Assembly (NCBI GenBank): GCA_001938485.1
Contig: MQRK01219172.1
Location: 6,538-68,790, forward strand
Direction of reading: 5' to 3'
Length of the DNA stretch: 62,253 nucleotides
Source of the DNA: Girardia tigrina
Lineage: Eukaryota
Positions 26,485-38,944 of the stretch are shown piece after piece; position 1 is the stretch's first letter, and every line of letters starts with the position of its first letter. A model generated the notes under the pieces. That model was not told where the DNA came from. It saw only the letters and a program-made list of their open reading frames with translations, and ran no database searches. The position numbers and the translations under genes were made by a program.

Positions 26485-28300
26485 TTAATGAGATATTTGC
26501 GCTTGTTTCAGGGAACACAAATGTTTTATATTTGGCTCAATAATTGAAAGAGCAACCCGAAGTTCTTCATCATGACTTTTCAAACAGGAGCGATTTTCCT
26601 TTTTAATTAAAACTAAGGTGGAGAAACTCAGTTCACATAAATATGTGATGTAAAATGGCAGCAAGATTTCGATAGCCTTGTCGGAAATCAGAGGATATTC
26701 ATTCTTTAATTTAAGCCAGAAAACATCTAATGGCATTTCCATGAATTTTATTTCTAACGTTCTGTCGTTCTGCAATTCGAGAAATTCCTCTCTAATTTTC
26801 AGGGATAATCCTTCTGTAGATTTTTCCACATTAGTTTCAAAAGGATTTTGAATCCAATCATATTGCTCTGTGTTGATTGCATGAAAGTAGTACTCAAATT
26901 TTCGTTGCAGCAATACTAAATGTTGTTGAGCCAAATCCAGAATTATTTGTCTGTTTTCAATCCTGATGCGGTTATTCCTTTGAAACATTTCTAGTGATGC
27001 TTGTTTTTACACTGTCTGCCAAAGTTCCAGTTTCGATTTGAATCCGTTTAATTTCTCAGACCATGGTAATAAATTTTCATTCGGACCCTGCCTTTTTTAT
27101 TAAGTTCGTTCATGCGTTCGAATATATCAGCCATGTATGCTATTTTGACAATTAAGTAGAAACTGACTAACCTCGGGACGAAGCGCAAATAATCTAACCA
27201 AAACTTTACCTCGGGATAGCCAGTGTACTTCCGTATAATACAACAAGGATTTATATTCTGATCGCATTTCTGCGAATAATGCTTCGGAAATTCGCGAATT
27301 TAGGACTCTTGATTTAACGATGTTTATGATTTTCACGCATTCGCTCATAGTTTGTAATTATTCTTCGGGAAAGTTCCTAGCCATCAGTGTTTCGTTATGT
27401 ATGCAGCAGTGTGTGAATTGTATTGTCGGATTTTGTCGTTTTATATATGAGACAAACCCCTTTTATTGCCAATCATTGCTGCAGCTCCATCAGTGCAAAC
27501 GCTAATGCAATTGCTCGATTGAACTTCATAAATTTTGAAGAAATCATTTGTTACACATAAAATTTCCTCTCTAGTTATTGAGATTGGAAGCTGTTTACAA
27601 AATAAATAATGTTCTATTGTTAAATCCTCGTCAACAAAACGTACATTACTTATCAGTTGTGCTCGATTTTCAATGTCTTTTGATTCGTCGATTTGAAGTG
27701 AATATTTTTTAGCGGTTATTTGTCTTTAATCAGTGTTTCAATAACATCGCTCGACATATCACCAACACATCTTTTAATAGTATCAGCTGACAAAGAAATT
27801 TTATTAATTTCTTCAACTTCATTAGGTCCAAACAAAATTCGAACCATTTCCATGCACGCTTGTTTGATAAGTTTCTCACAAATTGTATGAGGTTTTTTCT
27901 GACGCGCAATTAGTTTTGCAACATGGTAACTAGCTTCCAACACTATCAGAAACTGTGAAAGATGTAATCATAATTTGCGTCTGTTTAAGATTTTGATTAA
28001 AACACCGCTTAAAATTGGTTATCTTTTTTTGGCTAAAGCGAAATGTTTTGAATTTAAATGGTGAATCAGTTTACTTGGTACCATAGCCTCATTAGAAAGC
28101 TGTCCTCTGCACATGACACATTCTGGTTTCGGAGCCGTTTCTTCACCACACCATGAAAATCCATATATAATGTACTCATCGTTATACAGCCTTCTTGAGA
28201 TCTTCGGTTTTTTGCGAACACTGTTCGTACTGGGTTCATCATCAGTTGGCGATGACGCTACATTTTCTTTTCGCAAAAACTTGTCCACATTAACATAAAA
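26485..28300 (-). pseudogene. hAT Buster-type transposase pseudogene
   Basis: BED finger (PECVMC..MVPSKLIHHLNSKH), KKPHTICEKLIK, YTEVHWLSRGKVL and the hATC dimerisation motif YLCELSFS; frameshifted. Confidence 0.92.
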
Positions 28301-28390
28301 TTTCCAATTTATAGAAGTTTTACTATTTAAAAAAGTAACATTAGCTATTATCGTAAAACACAAAAATTAACTAAGAAATACGGTTCCACG

Positions 28391-28643
28391 TCAAAACGCC
28401 GCAAACAAAAACGCCGCGGATAAAACGCCGTGGACTAAACGCCGCGAAGAAAAACTCCGCGTGACAAAAACGCCGCATGACAAAAACGCCGCGAACAAAA
28501 ACGCCGCGGACAAAAACGCCGCGAACAAAAGCGCCGCATGAAAAAACGCCGCGAACAAAAACGCCGCGTGCAAAAACGCCGCGAACAAAAACGCCGCGGG
28601 TAAAACGCCGCGGACAAAAACGCCGCATGACAAAAACGCCGCC
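28391..28643. repeat. ~15-bp tandem repeat (caaaaacgccgcgaa), about 17 copies
   Basis: Direct reading. It explains the RGVFV/TKTPR repetitive ORFs. Confidence 0.95.
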
Positions 28644-28651
28644 GAATTTAA

Positions 28652-29040
28652 GGAATTTTAGTAATAAAATGAAATAATTTGTTATTAATTGGGAATTTTA
28701 GTAATAAAATGAAATAATTTGTTATTAATTAGGAATTTTAGGAATAAAATGAAATAATTTGAAATGAATTAGGAATTTTAGTAATAAAATGAAATAATTT
28801 GAAATGAATTAGGAATTTTAGGAATAAAATGAAATAATTTGTTATTAATTAGGAATTTTAGAAATAAATGAAATAATTTGTTATTAATTAGGAATTTTAG
28901 GAATAAAATGAAATAATTTGAAATGAATTAGGAATTTTAGTAATAAAATGAAATAATTTGTTATTAATTGGGAATTTTAGTAATAAAATGAAATAATTTG
29001 TTATTAATTAGGAATTTTAGGAATAAATGAAATAATTTTA
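28652..29040. repeat. 40-bp minisatellite (ggaattttagtaataaaatgaaataatttgttattaatta), about 10 copies
   Basis: Unit starts at 28652, 28692, 28732, 28772, 28812, 28852, 28891, 28931, 28971 and 29011. Confidence 0.95.
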
Positions 29041-30204
29041 TCATTAATATTATCAATTTATTAATTCTATTTTATTATATTTTTATTACTATTGTATTTT
29101 ATTAAAATGAATATGAAACAATTATTATTTTTGATTATTTATTATTATTATTATATGAAAATTATTATTATTATTTTATTAATATTCTTTTATTAATATT
29201 CTTATTATTTTTATGATTCTTATATTAATAAAGTTTTTAAACCGAATTCCTTTGACTTATCACTATTAATAATATTTTGAAACTAATCTCTGGTGAGATT
29301 CATTTGAATTGAAACCTCAAGTGAGGGAATATCAAATTAATATATTAATTACAAAGTTGGAAGAACCACCTGAAAAGNNNNNNNNNNNNNNNNNNNNNNN
29401 NNNNNNNNNNNNNNNNNNNNNNNNNNNNNNNNNNNNNNNNNNNNNNNNNNNNNNNNNNNNNNNNNNNNNNNNNNNNGAAATAATGTTAATTAAAAAATAT
29501 TAATAAATATGAAATTTTTTGAAAACACTAAAGACTGTAAGAAATTTTTATTACAATAACATAATCATATTACACAGATTGTAAATAAAAACAGTGTGCT
29601 AAACCTCTTAAATAATCCACCACATTTCTCTCTCTATAGCCTTGCACAATTTTGAATAATCTACTGGCGACATCCTTATAATTTTTCCTTCCCTGTCTCG
29701 CTTCCATACCTGAAATTGCTTGTTCAAGCTTTATTTCATTTAAATTCGATTACTTTATTTTATTTTGAACTTTTTAATGTTTTCGAACTTTCAAATTGTC
29801 ACTAACAAATGAAAGGAAAATTATTTAATGATACACCAAGTTTTTTTAAAGTTTTTTTCGATTTCAAGACAACTCGCGGTAAATATTGCTAAGGCTTAAT
29901 TTGTTTTTTTGTAAATTGATAGTGTTTTCTTTGCATTTTTGAATTTGTTTGTGAATTTTTTTCTTAGAGAAGTAGATATTTTTAAAAAAATTTTTGAAGA
30001 AAATTATTTGTTTAAGAATTTTTTATGCATCCGCTACGGCACACCTAGCATCGTCTTAGGGCACACTGGTTGCGGAGCACTGGTATACATAATAAACTAG
30101 AAGTCCTCGACAAAAATGAAGTTCAGATTCGTGATTAGCGCATTCAAATCAGCTAGAAACAAGCAATTTCAAACAGGAAACAAAACTTGTGTTTATCAGT
30201 GTAT

Positions 30205-30474
30205 TTAATCAAAATACTTAGGATAAAAAATTAAAATGATTATTAATTATTTAAAAAATATTAATTCAATTTATTTATTTAAAAATTGTAAATAAAATTA
30301 ATAAACTTATTTAAAATTTTACAATTATTTTAAATTACAAATAAATTTAAACATTACATGTTTTCAGATAATAAGAATTAAAATATTAATCAGTCATCTG
30401 GGTAGGAGAGACACAATTCCAAATCAACATACATCATTCACAAAAAGTATCAAACATTCAAAATATTCCTCACA
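30205..30474 (-). mobile_element. truncated LTR (TGTGAGGAAT family)
   Basis: Minus strand reads tgtgaggaatattttgaatg...tctctcctacccagatgac. Confidence 0.75.
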
Positions 30475-30800
30475 TCATTAACTATTTGAGATCTTGTATT
30501 AACAGCAATGGCCGCTTAAAAGCCCTTCTCGATCGATCCTTGAAATCAGTGATTTTGCTATCCACTGTTTCGTGCGTGGCTAACATATCGCGGTCCTCGA
30601 ATGATTTAACGATTGTCGCTTTAATCATTTCGTTGATCTGGGCTTCTTCAAAGAATTTTTGACAGTTGGCTATGAATTATTCGATGTCTTCTGATCCATC
30701 ATAAACTTTTGAAGCCAGGTTTCCAATGACATGGTTGCCATGTAAGATGATTCCATAAAAATGACTAAAGAATACTTAAAGAATACTCACTTATTCGATG
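30475..30800 (-). mobile_element. gypsy LTR end, PBS and gag N-terminal fragment
   Basis: Minus strand ...cttaca|tggcaacc at 30741/30740, then KVYDGSEDIE*FIANCQKFF, similar to the gag start at 47690 (ETFDGSEHKLEEFL). Confidence 0.6.
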
Positions 30801-31510
30801 GGGTTAATACTGAGGATCCGGCACGGGGCGATTGAGAGGTGCCACCGATCGAGAAAGGGTTAATATGGTGTGAAGTCAACTCAATCACAATTGGTGTGCG
30901 CGTTGAAATAAATGGAAAGGTATTCAAGGACGCTTGCTGGCTTCATTCGAAGGAGGACATCAATCATATCAACCTCGCAGAACTGGAAGCGACGAATCGG
31001 GTGCTCAAGGAAGTGAAAAAATGGGTGATCCGCGATGTTGAGCTTTTCACAGATTTGTTAATAGGTCACAAGTGGCTCAATGTTTCACTATCTGAATCGG
31101 AGCTAATTAAATCACAGACTCTCAGGGAGCTGTTGATCAGAAGGAAGGTAAGTCTTTTCACGCAGGTGGTCAAGGAGGAGCGAATGAGCGTGACAGTGTC
31201 CCTTGTACATTCAGGAGAGAATCAAGCTGGCGCACTGACGAGGGTCTTAGAACATTGGTGGTCGATGACATGAAAAGTGTCAATGGCGGCGACAATGGCA
31301 TGGGATGAATCACAAAACCCAATCGTCGGTCTTAGGAAACTCCAATAAATCAATCACTTCTGGGTGAGACGCTATTTCTTCTTGGCAAGGAGAATATGGG
31401 GACTCGGAAAGGTCTCGGAAAGCCAAATAGAAGCAGTAATAAAGAGTTACGAGCAGTGTCTCAATCGATCTGTCACCAGCCCGTTTGACAGAGGGAGGGA
31501 TGGGAGTGCG
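30800..31510 (+). mobile_element. LTR-retrotransposon RNase H / integrase Zn-finger fragment
   Basis: ORF 30839-31273 has IWCEVNSITIGV, DACWL, HINLAELEA, LFTD and ENQAGALTR. Confidence 0.7.
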
Positions 31511-31559
31511 AAAAACAAAATATATAACGCATGACATTGTACTTGAACAATATATAAAT

Positions 31560-32816
31560 GTTTTGTTAGAAGTGTTTGTGTTATAGGTTTAAGTACTGAC
31601 GATTATGAAGAAATTATTTTTTAACAAAATAAAAATGTTGATAAATTGCACGAACAAAAGAATTGATGAGCTGTCTGTCTATTATTGCCTTTGGATATCA
31701 TTGCCAAAGATTCAAACTGATTAAAAATATGTGGAAAATTTTAAAAAAATATCCTAATACTCTTGTATTTACTAGTCCGACGAGTTTCACAAAATAAAGG
31801 TATATTTAGAACTAACGATCTTCATAAAGAACTTCCACGAAAAAAGTTATTACAGCTTTAATAGTTGCTATAGTATTTCGAATCTCAGGAACTATATTGA
31901 GATCATTGGCTACTAAATTCAGTCTGTAAGAGGCGCAATGAACAAAGTCATGATTTATGATTTTTTTCAATTAATTGCTCTAACCCCATTATCGATGAAC
32001 GTTTTGGGGAAACAGAACACAATAAATGCAAATGGCTCCTTTTAGTTTAGGTGAATAAGCCAACCATGATGAGTATCAAGAAAACCGAGTACGCTTAAAA
32101 CTTCGTTTTTTTCAATTCCGTCTTCATTGAAATTGTAATTTTCTATTGGTTTGAAAACCATCTTTAATGACTTAATGTCTAAGTTCAGAAGAAATAGACT
32201 TTGATTTTGCATCAATTTAAAATCCAATATCACAATTAGAGTCAGACTCAGTGTTGCGGGACAGTTGCTTATTGATATTGTCGTCATTAGACTTAGATTT
32301 AGAAGTAATTACCTCTTTGTAATTCCTTTTCTTATTGAAACCAGATTCAATCAAATCAGGGTTCGGCATTAAAATTTTTCTAATATTCATTACGACGCAA
32401 AAAACAAAACTTATAATAATTTCATTAATATTCTAAAAGGAAAATTAATAAACCGAAAAATTCACGTAGTTATAATAGGGATTTTATAAAAAGAGCATTT
32501 CAAAACGTTATTTAAACGAAAATAGCATAATTTTAAAAATTAATCAAAAAATAATAATTCTTACAATTTTACATTTTAAAATGTATGACCGTTCGAGATT
32601 ATTAACCCCAGATAAAATTGTCAAAGATAAAAAAGAAATTTAATACTCTATCTAGAAAACTCGTTATTACAGAAGTGTTCGAAATAGTAATGTTGTCATA
32701 ACGCTAAAATGTAAGACTTAATATTTATGATTAATTAATGAATTTAAAATAAATAGAGAAAGTTCGATTTTCCAGGGGGGCAATAGCCCCCTTGCCATAT
32801 GGTGCCGGCGCCCATG
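31560..32816 (-). mobile_element. hAT (ZMYM1/TTF-finger type) relic, 5' end
   Basis: Terminus catgggcgccggcacc with a ggggcaatagcccc hairpin. Minus-strand WLIHLN*KGAICIYCVLF resembles a TTF zinc finger. Confidence 0.55.
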
Positions 32817-32865
32817 ACCACAATACTCGTCTTTTTCGAACAAAGGCTTCTTTGTTCGGGTTTAA

Positions 32866-33451
32866 CCCTTAGAGTACAGTGGGAGACTTTAGGTCCCCCA
32901 AGATTAGTTTTCTTTCATAACTTCGTAAATAATTTCTTTATACTTATTATTTATTTATTCTTTATTTTAATTGTTAGTGACATTCTATTATTAATTTATT
33001 TATAATTATAAGGTAAGTTTTTCGTTTGAGGGACCCAAGAAAATCGTTTGTCTACAACATATTATGGATTCTAGTGACACTGAATAAAGAATTTAGTGAT
33101 AAGGAGGGAGATGGAGCTGATGCAATGAATTATTATATTTATTTTTTGGTATTTTTTATTGTTGAAAGAAGTAAAATTGAGTTCCTTAGTTTGTGTTCCT
33201 TATTTTAATTATTAATTATAATAATAACTTTATTTTATGTCAAAACATGAAATGTTTGAAAGTGCATAGTATTTTATTTGTTTATTAAAAATAAATGCTG
33301 TAAATTTTATTAAATAATCGTTTTTTTTAATTTACTAACAGTCTTTGTCATATTAATATACCAACTTATAAACAAAACAATTTTTGTGTAGGGGACTTTA
33401 GTGGCCCCACTCCGTCCTTTATGTCATAAAATAGACTCCGTACTCTAAGGG
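32866..33451. mobile_element. piggyBac-like MITE
   Basis: TTAA|cccttagagtac ... gtactctaaggg|GTAA, with subterminal gg(a/g)gactttag repeats. Confidence 0.8.
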
Positions 33452-33505
33452 GTAAATTCAAACCCAAATAAAAGTTGTATAATTTTAAAATTTAATTATT
33501 CTTTT

Positions 33506-33606
33506 ATATATATATATATATNNNNNNNNNNNNNNNNNNNNNNNNNNNNNNNNNNNNNNNNNNNNNNNNNNATATATATATATATATTTATATATGTGTG
33601 TGTGTG
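33506..33606. repeat. (TA)n/(TG)n microsatellite spanning a gap
   Basis: Direct reading. Confidence 0.9.
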
Positions 33607-33739
33607 TACATGTAAAGCAAAATAAATAATCGGTTTTTTCTTTAGTCTGAGCTTGAATTGTCTTTAAACAATATATTGTGACCACGTGGGACAATCGACT
33701 TTGGATGTGAGGAGTGATCGTTGAAAGATATAAATATGA

Positions 33740-33990
33740 ATAGCAAAATTATATTAAATTTCGAAAATAGAAGTAATTAACAAAGTCGCAATGAAAGAAA
33801 TTATTATATTTTCTGTCAAAATGAACCATTTCTTTTTAATAATAAATGGTACATTCAGAAAAATGGAGTCGCAATGGGTTCCAAATTAGCACCAACATCA
33901 GCATCAATTTTTATGAAGTCTCTTGAGGATAAAATCCATATATACCCTGGGGAAAAACCTGTGCTATACAAGAGATGTTTGGATATTTGA
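33740..33990 (+). mobile_element. Penelope-like RT fragment
   Basis: FLFNNKWYIQKNGVAMGSKLAPTSASIFMKSLE...LYKRCLDI matches the PLE QxxGxxMGS and YxRYxDD motifs. Confidence 0.8.
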
Positions 33991-36110
33991 TTCAAAAAAT
34001 CGAAATATGTTGCGATTGATCATTGTTTTGAAGAAGGTCGAAAAGTTTTTTGTCCCTGATTATATTTTTGGACGAGAATTAAAAATTGATTTCAAAATTT
34101 GTACTGTTTAATTGAATTTGTCTGATTAACTGATTTTTTAATGAAAAACATTTGCACGATTTCATTGATTTCTGAGACGAATTTTATCAAAAATGAAATT
34201 ATTGAAATTACAAAAATTCTTTTTTATTATGTTTGAGCAAAAAAATTTAGGTGAATAAAAAGGAGTCAAACAAAAATGAACAAAATGGGCCCAGCACCAC
34301 CATGACTATGCTACCACAGGACAATATCTGGGATAACCTGGATACTGCCGGAACAATATATGTTTTATTCTTTGCTTATGAATGATAATAAAGCTGAATT
34401 GTTTTGGCTTTATTTATGATTGGCTAGCTCATCAGAGCGAGTCATTCGATATTTTCGACCAATTAGGTCATTCCGGCATACACGGTCAATCCTCAAGGCA
34501 AGACTAAAAATTATTTGTCGGGATTTAAATTTAAATCAATAATGATGTTATTTTTTATTATTATTTAATTTAATTTATTTTATTATTTAATTTTCATATT
34601 ATTATCTACATATAGCTATCTATAAATTATTCAAGATATTCGATAATAATTGTAATTTTTGAATTTAATTATAGATTTTAATATTTGAAATGGTTTAACT
34701 TTGTCCATTTTGAATGATTATTAATGGGTTGTAGGGACAACATGTACACAAACAAACATATAGATCAAAAAATTATGTATACAAATACAGGTTAATAAAG
34801 GATTAAAAGAAGAAAACATTGAAGAGCCCAAACAAATCATCAAAATACCAAATTCTGAAGGATTTAAAGCATTCAAGAAAACCATTTAATAAATTCTTCA
34901 AAAAATAATATCAATCCGCATCAAAATACCAAAAAAACTTAAAACTTTTTCTCTGAAAATTTTCAAAGTTTAATATACAGTTGACAATAGAAAAAAGAGA
35001 ATGACAGACTTCAAATACTAGGTCTTGGCTAAAAACTGAGTTTATTAAAGCTAAGTGCTTGGACTTTACTAAAATCATCTATTCCGGTTAATCACATTCC
35101 GAGGCTTGGAGAATAAATAACGAAAATCATCGGCTAACATTTGAATGATCGATGTTTAATATTCATATTTTTTCAAAATTTTTTTAAATAAATAAATTGT
35201 TTAGTATTACTATTAAATATTTTATTAAGCCCCTAAAATTTGAAATATTTTGTACAAATACTTCCTAACGAATAAAACGTATATTTCTTTCAACTGTCTA
35301 CATGATTCGATTGAAGTCATTAAAAAAGATATACAAATCTTCTGGAAACAATAGACAAAAAATAATAAATAGCGAAAATCAAATTTAAAGTATATTAAGG
35401 TCAGCAATATTAAGGAATATAATGTTAAACGTTTAAAAATCGATATTCTTTCAATATAAATATACAATAATAAATAGAAATCAATTTCTTATCAATTATT
35501 TTCAAAAAAGAAATATTCAATAAAGGGTGATTATTATTATTATTATTGTCATTGATATTTTTATTTTTAATTATTATTTGTTTATTATTGCTATTTTTAT
35601 TGTTTTTATTAGTATTATTAACATTTTAATTATTAATAAATAATTTGAATAATATTTTTTCTTTTAATTTTAACCATTATGATCATTGTTTTGAATTTTG
35701 TACCGAGTTTGAAACATCTGATGAATTTTGAAATTTTTGTGGGGTAAATTAAATGCTAAATTTTGTTGACCTCCTTTTCGAAACCCGCAATTTATGTCTA
35801 TGATGTACAAAACTTTGATCCTTAATTTAACCAACTCATAATGTTAGACACTTGAAATTTTGCATACTTCTTTGCATACTAACAAATTTTATCGAAAAAA
35901 ATTCTTTGTAAAAATATAAGATTTAATTAATTAAATATGTTTAAATGAGGAAAAAATATTCATAAATTAATAAACAATTGGTTAAGTTATTAACTAATTA
36001 TTTTTTTTAATATTTTTGAATTAATATTTTTTTTAGAAAAACTATAGATAAATAAAAAATATATTTTACGAAATAGAAAACGATCATTTAATGTTTTATT
36101 TATTTTTTTT

Positions 36111-36371
36111 CATTTTTATCGAACGGATATAAAATATTTATGCAATACTGTTTCACTGGACAAACATAATGTTCACAAGAACATATTAAAAGGTCTTTTT
36201 AATTTTTTAATTCTACGGCATTTAGGTTGATTGTTGTTGAAGTTTTTTTCAAGAAGAAAAACTTTATTATTAATTATTATATTGAATTTATATTATAAGA
36301 ACTTAAATGTTCGCAGGAGTATTTAAAATCTAAAATACTTGTGCAAATTTTATATCCGTTCGATAAAAATG
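36111..36371. repeat. 25-bp perfect inverted repeat pair, probably MITE-derived
   Basis: catttttatcgaacggatataaaat at 36111-36135 and its reverse complement at 36347-36371. Confidence 0.8.
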
Positions 36372-38606
36372 GCAAATAAATATAACTTAAAATGTAATCA
36401 ACCATAAATCGCATTAATTGTTAAAAACTATTTTAGCCTTCAAGAATTTGTACTCGAGATTTACTGTTACTTATAATATTTTGTACCGTATTATAGCGGG
36501 TTGCCGTTTATCTATTTTCTTATTAACTTTGTTTTTTTAAAAAACAAATATATTCTTGTCTATGAACATATCAATTTTATGTAAAATTATTTTTAATCAT
36601 CATTATTAAATCTTCCCTTTCATTGTATTGGTTAAATGACCCACAAGGAAATAAGTTCCTTAACTTTCTTGTGAGTTTACTTGTTAATTATACAAATTAC
36701 AAGATGTGATACATTATTCCTAGTGAGGAATAATACAGATGATTTAACGATAAAACATTTTATGACGAATGGAGAACGACGGATGTAGGAAAGCCATAAT
36801 AATTTAAAATACCGCTGTATCAAAAGGGAAAATTCTGGTTACTTTATTTCCTATATATATATATATATATATAAATTTCAATTTTCCTCAATTTGAAACA
36901 AACGATGATGCCATTTTATTTATAGTTTAAATATAACTTTTTATTATTTTTTCGTGCCGAAATGTCTTGTTCCGGGAAACATCATTTCATTTTGAAAAGC
37001 TTTTATTGATGTCACATTTAACTTTACATTACAAATCAGTTCCCATTTAACATTTTGTACGGGTGGTAAATTATTAAATTTCATAAATAAAAGATTTAAA
37101 TAGTTATGTTATATTTTTAAAATTTATTTTCACCTTTTTTACCAAAATCGAAATAAAAAAATATTTATGACTTGAAAATGTATGAGTAAATTAATAAATT
37201 TATGAATGTTAAAAAATAATTAAATAATAATATAATTCTCAAAAAATATTTAGAAATTATTTTATAAATAATACATAACTCCGTAGCCTAACTTCATTTA
37301 ACATGATTATTTTTCCATATTGATGAAGCTTTCAAAACCATTTTTATGTAAAATTAATAAATTTCAAAATAATTGCTGATGATGACAAAAGCAAAAATTA
37401 ATTAGAACTTTCAAAAAGCATTGTCAAACATTCCAGCTAAAAATAACAAAATTAAATGCAGGTGAAAATTGTATTAAACTTTACATATTTATCATAAAAA
37501 AGAAAACAACAAAACTAATTGTGCACAAGCAGCACACTTTTTTCGGAGTTTTATCAAATAAATAACAATCTGAAATACTGATTATTTCACTAAATCTTAT
37601 CTAATAAGCACTTGTTTACATAATTCATACATTATTATATTCCCCAATATAATGCTTTTGGGACAAGCATATTTTTCAAATAATTGAAAATGAATATTAA
37701 AATTTGAGAATTGCATATATTAAACTTTATATAAGTGTAACACTAATTTTATCAACAGATCAATTTGCCGCATCAATAAATCCGACCTTAACTAAGTTTC
37801 TAAGTTGAATTTCCTTTTCCTCAAATTGACTCCACCACTTTTCCGGTACATGATTACAAAATCTACTTTTGCTAGAAAATCAATTTAATTTAGAAAATAA
37901 TTTCCAGTTAAAATTTTAAGAGAAATCATTTGTTAGATGGTATAAGTCGTACTGGGATCAATACATTATTTTTATCCCCCTTCAGTATAGCTTTTTTCTC
38001 TTTAAATTTTTATCCATTACTAACATATTTTTTTCTGTGTGTATTCATCGAATAAGTATACTCTCAAGAAAATTATTGAACTTTTAAATTAGTAAAGCTT
38101 CGCTTAATTGTCAAATTTATAAAAGGCATTTTCATCATTTTCCATTATACTCTTGGTTCAGATACATCTTTTACTTTTTAAAATGAATATGAATTATGAG
38201 AGGATTATACATTTTTTTTAAGATTTAGTTGTTTGGTATTATTTTATTATTACCACGTTTTTCTTAGTTTGGTTTATTGTCTGCCTGGAACAAATCTTGC
38301 GATTGATTTTTCGACCACTTTCAGTCATCCAATTGAGCTGATTTTTTTATACAGGCTTGCTTCCGATGACAATACAATATTTTAAAACATTTACTTTACG
38401 GATGTACGTAAAAAATTAATAAATTGAACAAATATTGTGAAAATCAAGTGATAATTAAGTATTAATATTAGGTTTAAAAATTATTTTGAAATAAAACTTG
38501 CTTTTATTAAAATAAAACTTTGTTATTTTGGTTTTATTATCATTTCTGTTATTCGAAATCAATCGATAGATTTGAATTCCTAAATGATAACTACAAATAG
38601 TTAAAT

Positions 38607-38944
38607 AATATTATTAATAAAAAAATTTTTTTATAAAAACAACCACGTTTTTCAAGCATTACCAATGTACTAAAAAGAGGAAAATAATTTTTTTTCTAGA
38701 CATGTGCGACATTTTATACCTAACCAAAAAGGTTGGGCATAGAAATGATCGATTGTTACTAAAAAGCAGTAAAGAGGAAATAGCAGTTACTAATAGCAGT
38801 AATTCAGAAATCCGCCCCACGTTTTTTGTTAGGTATAAAATTTCGCACATGTCTAGAAAAAAAATTATTTTCCTCTTTTTAGTGCATTGGTAATGCTTGA
38901 AAAACGTTGTTGTTTTTATAAAATTTTTTTTTATTAATAATATT
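38607..38944. repeat. long near-perfect palindrome (~130-bp arms, ~75-bp spacer)
   Basis: The arms are reverse complements, producing mirror ORFs 38659-38850(-) and 38702-38893(+). Confidence 0.92.

Larger units (their letters stand above)
28381..29476. mobile_element. MULE-like element inserted in the hAT 5' region; right end lies in an assembly gap
   Basis: Begins cggttccacg and continues with 15-bp subterminal repeats. The left flank taagaaata and the post-gap gaaata fit a 9-bp TSD. Confidence 0.55.
25877..30082 (-). mobile_element. hAT transposon (Buster/Charlie, ZBED5/SCAND3-like transposase), full boundaries
   Basis: TIRs cagtgctccgtaacc / ggttgcggagcactg and 8-bp TSD gtacacat/gtatacat. 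Confidence 0.93.

Noticed and set aside
28371-28677. Repetitive ORFs (RGVFV, TKTPR) and a CRISPR-like appearance
   Set aside because: These are translations of a 15-bp tandem repeat. There are no unique spacers and no cas genes.
30091-30204. Possible Chapaev-like DNA transposon end (…gtttatcagtg) flanking the hAT
   Set aside because: No partner terminus or coding remnant to support it.
38659-38893. Mirror-image 63-aa ORFs
   Set aside because: A by-product of the palindrome.
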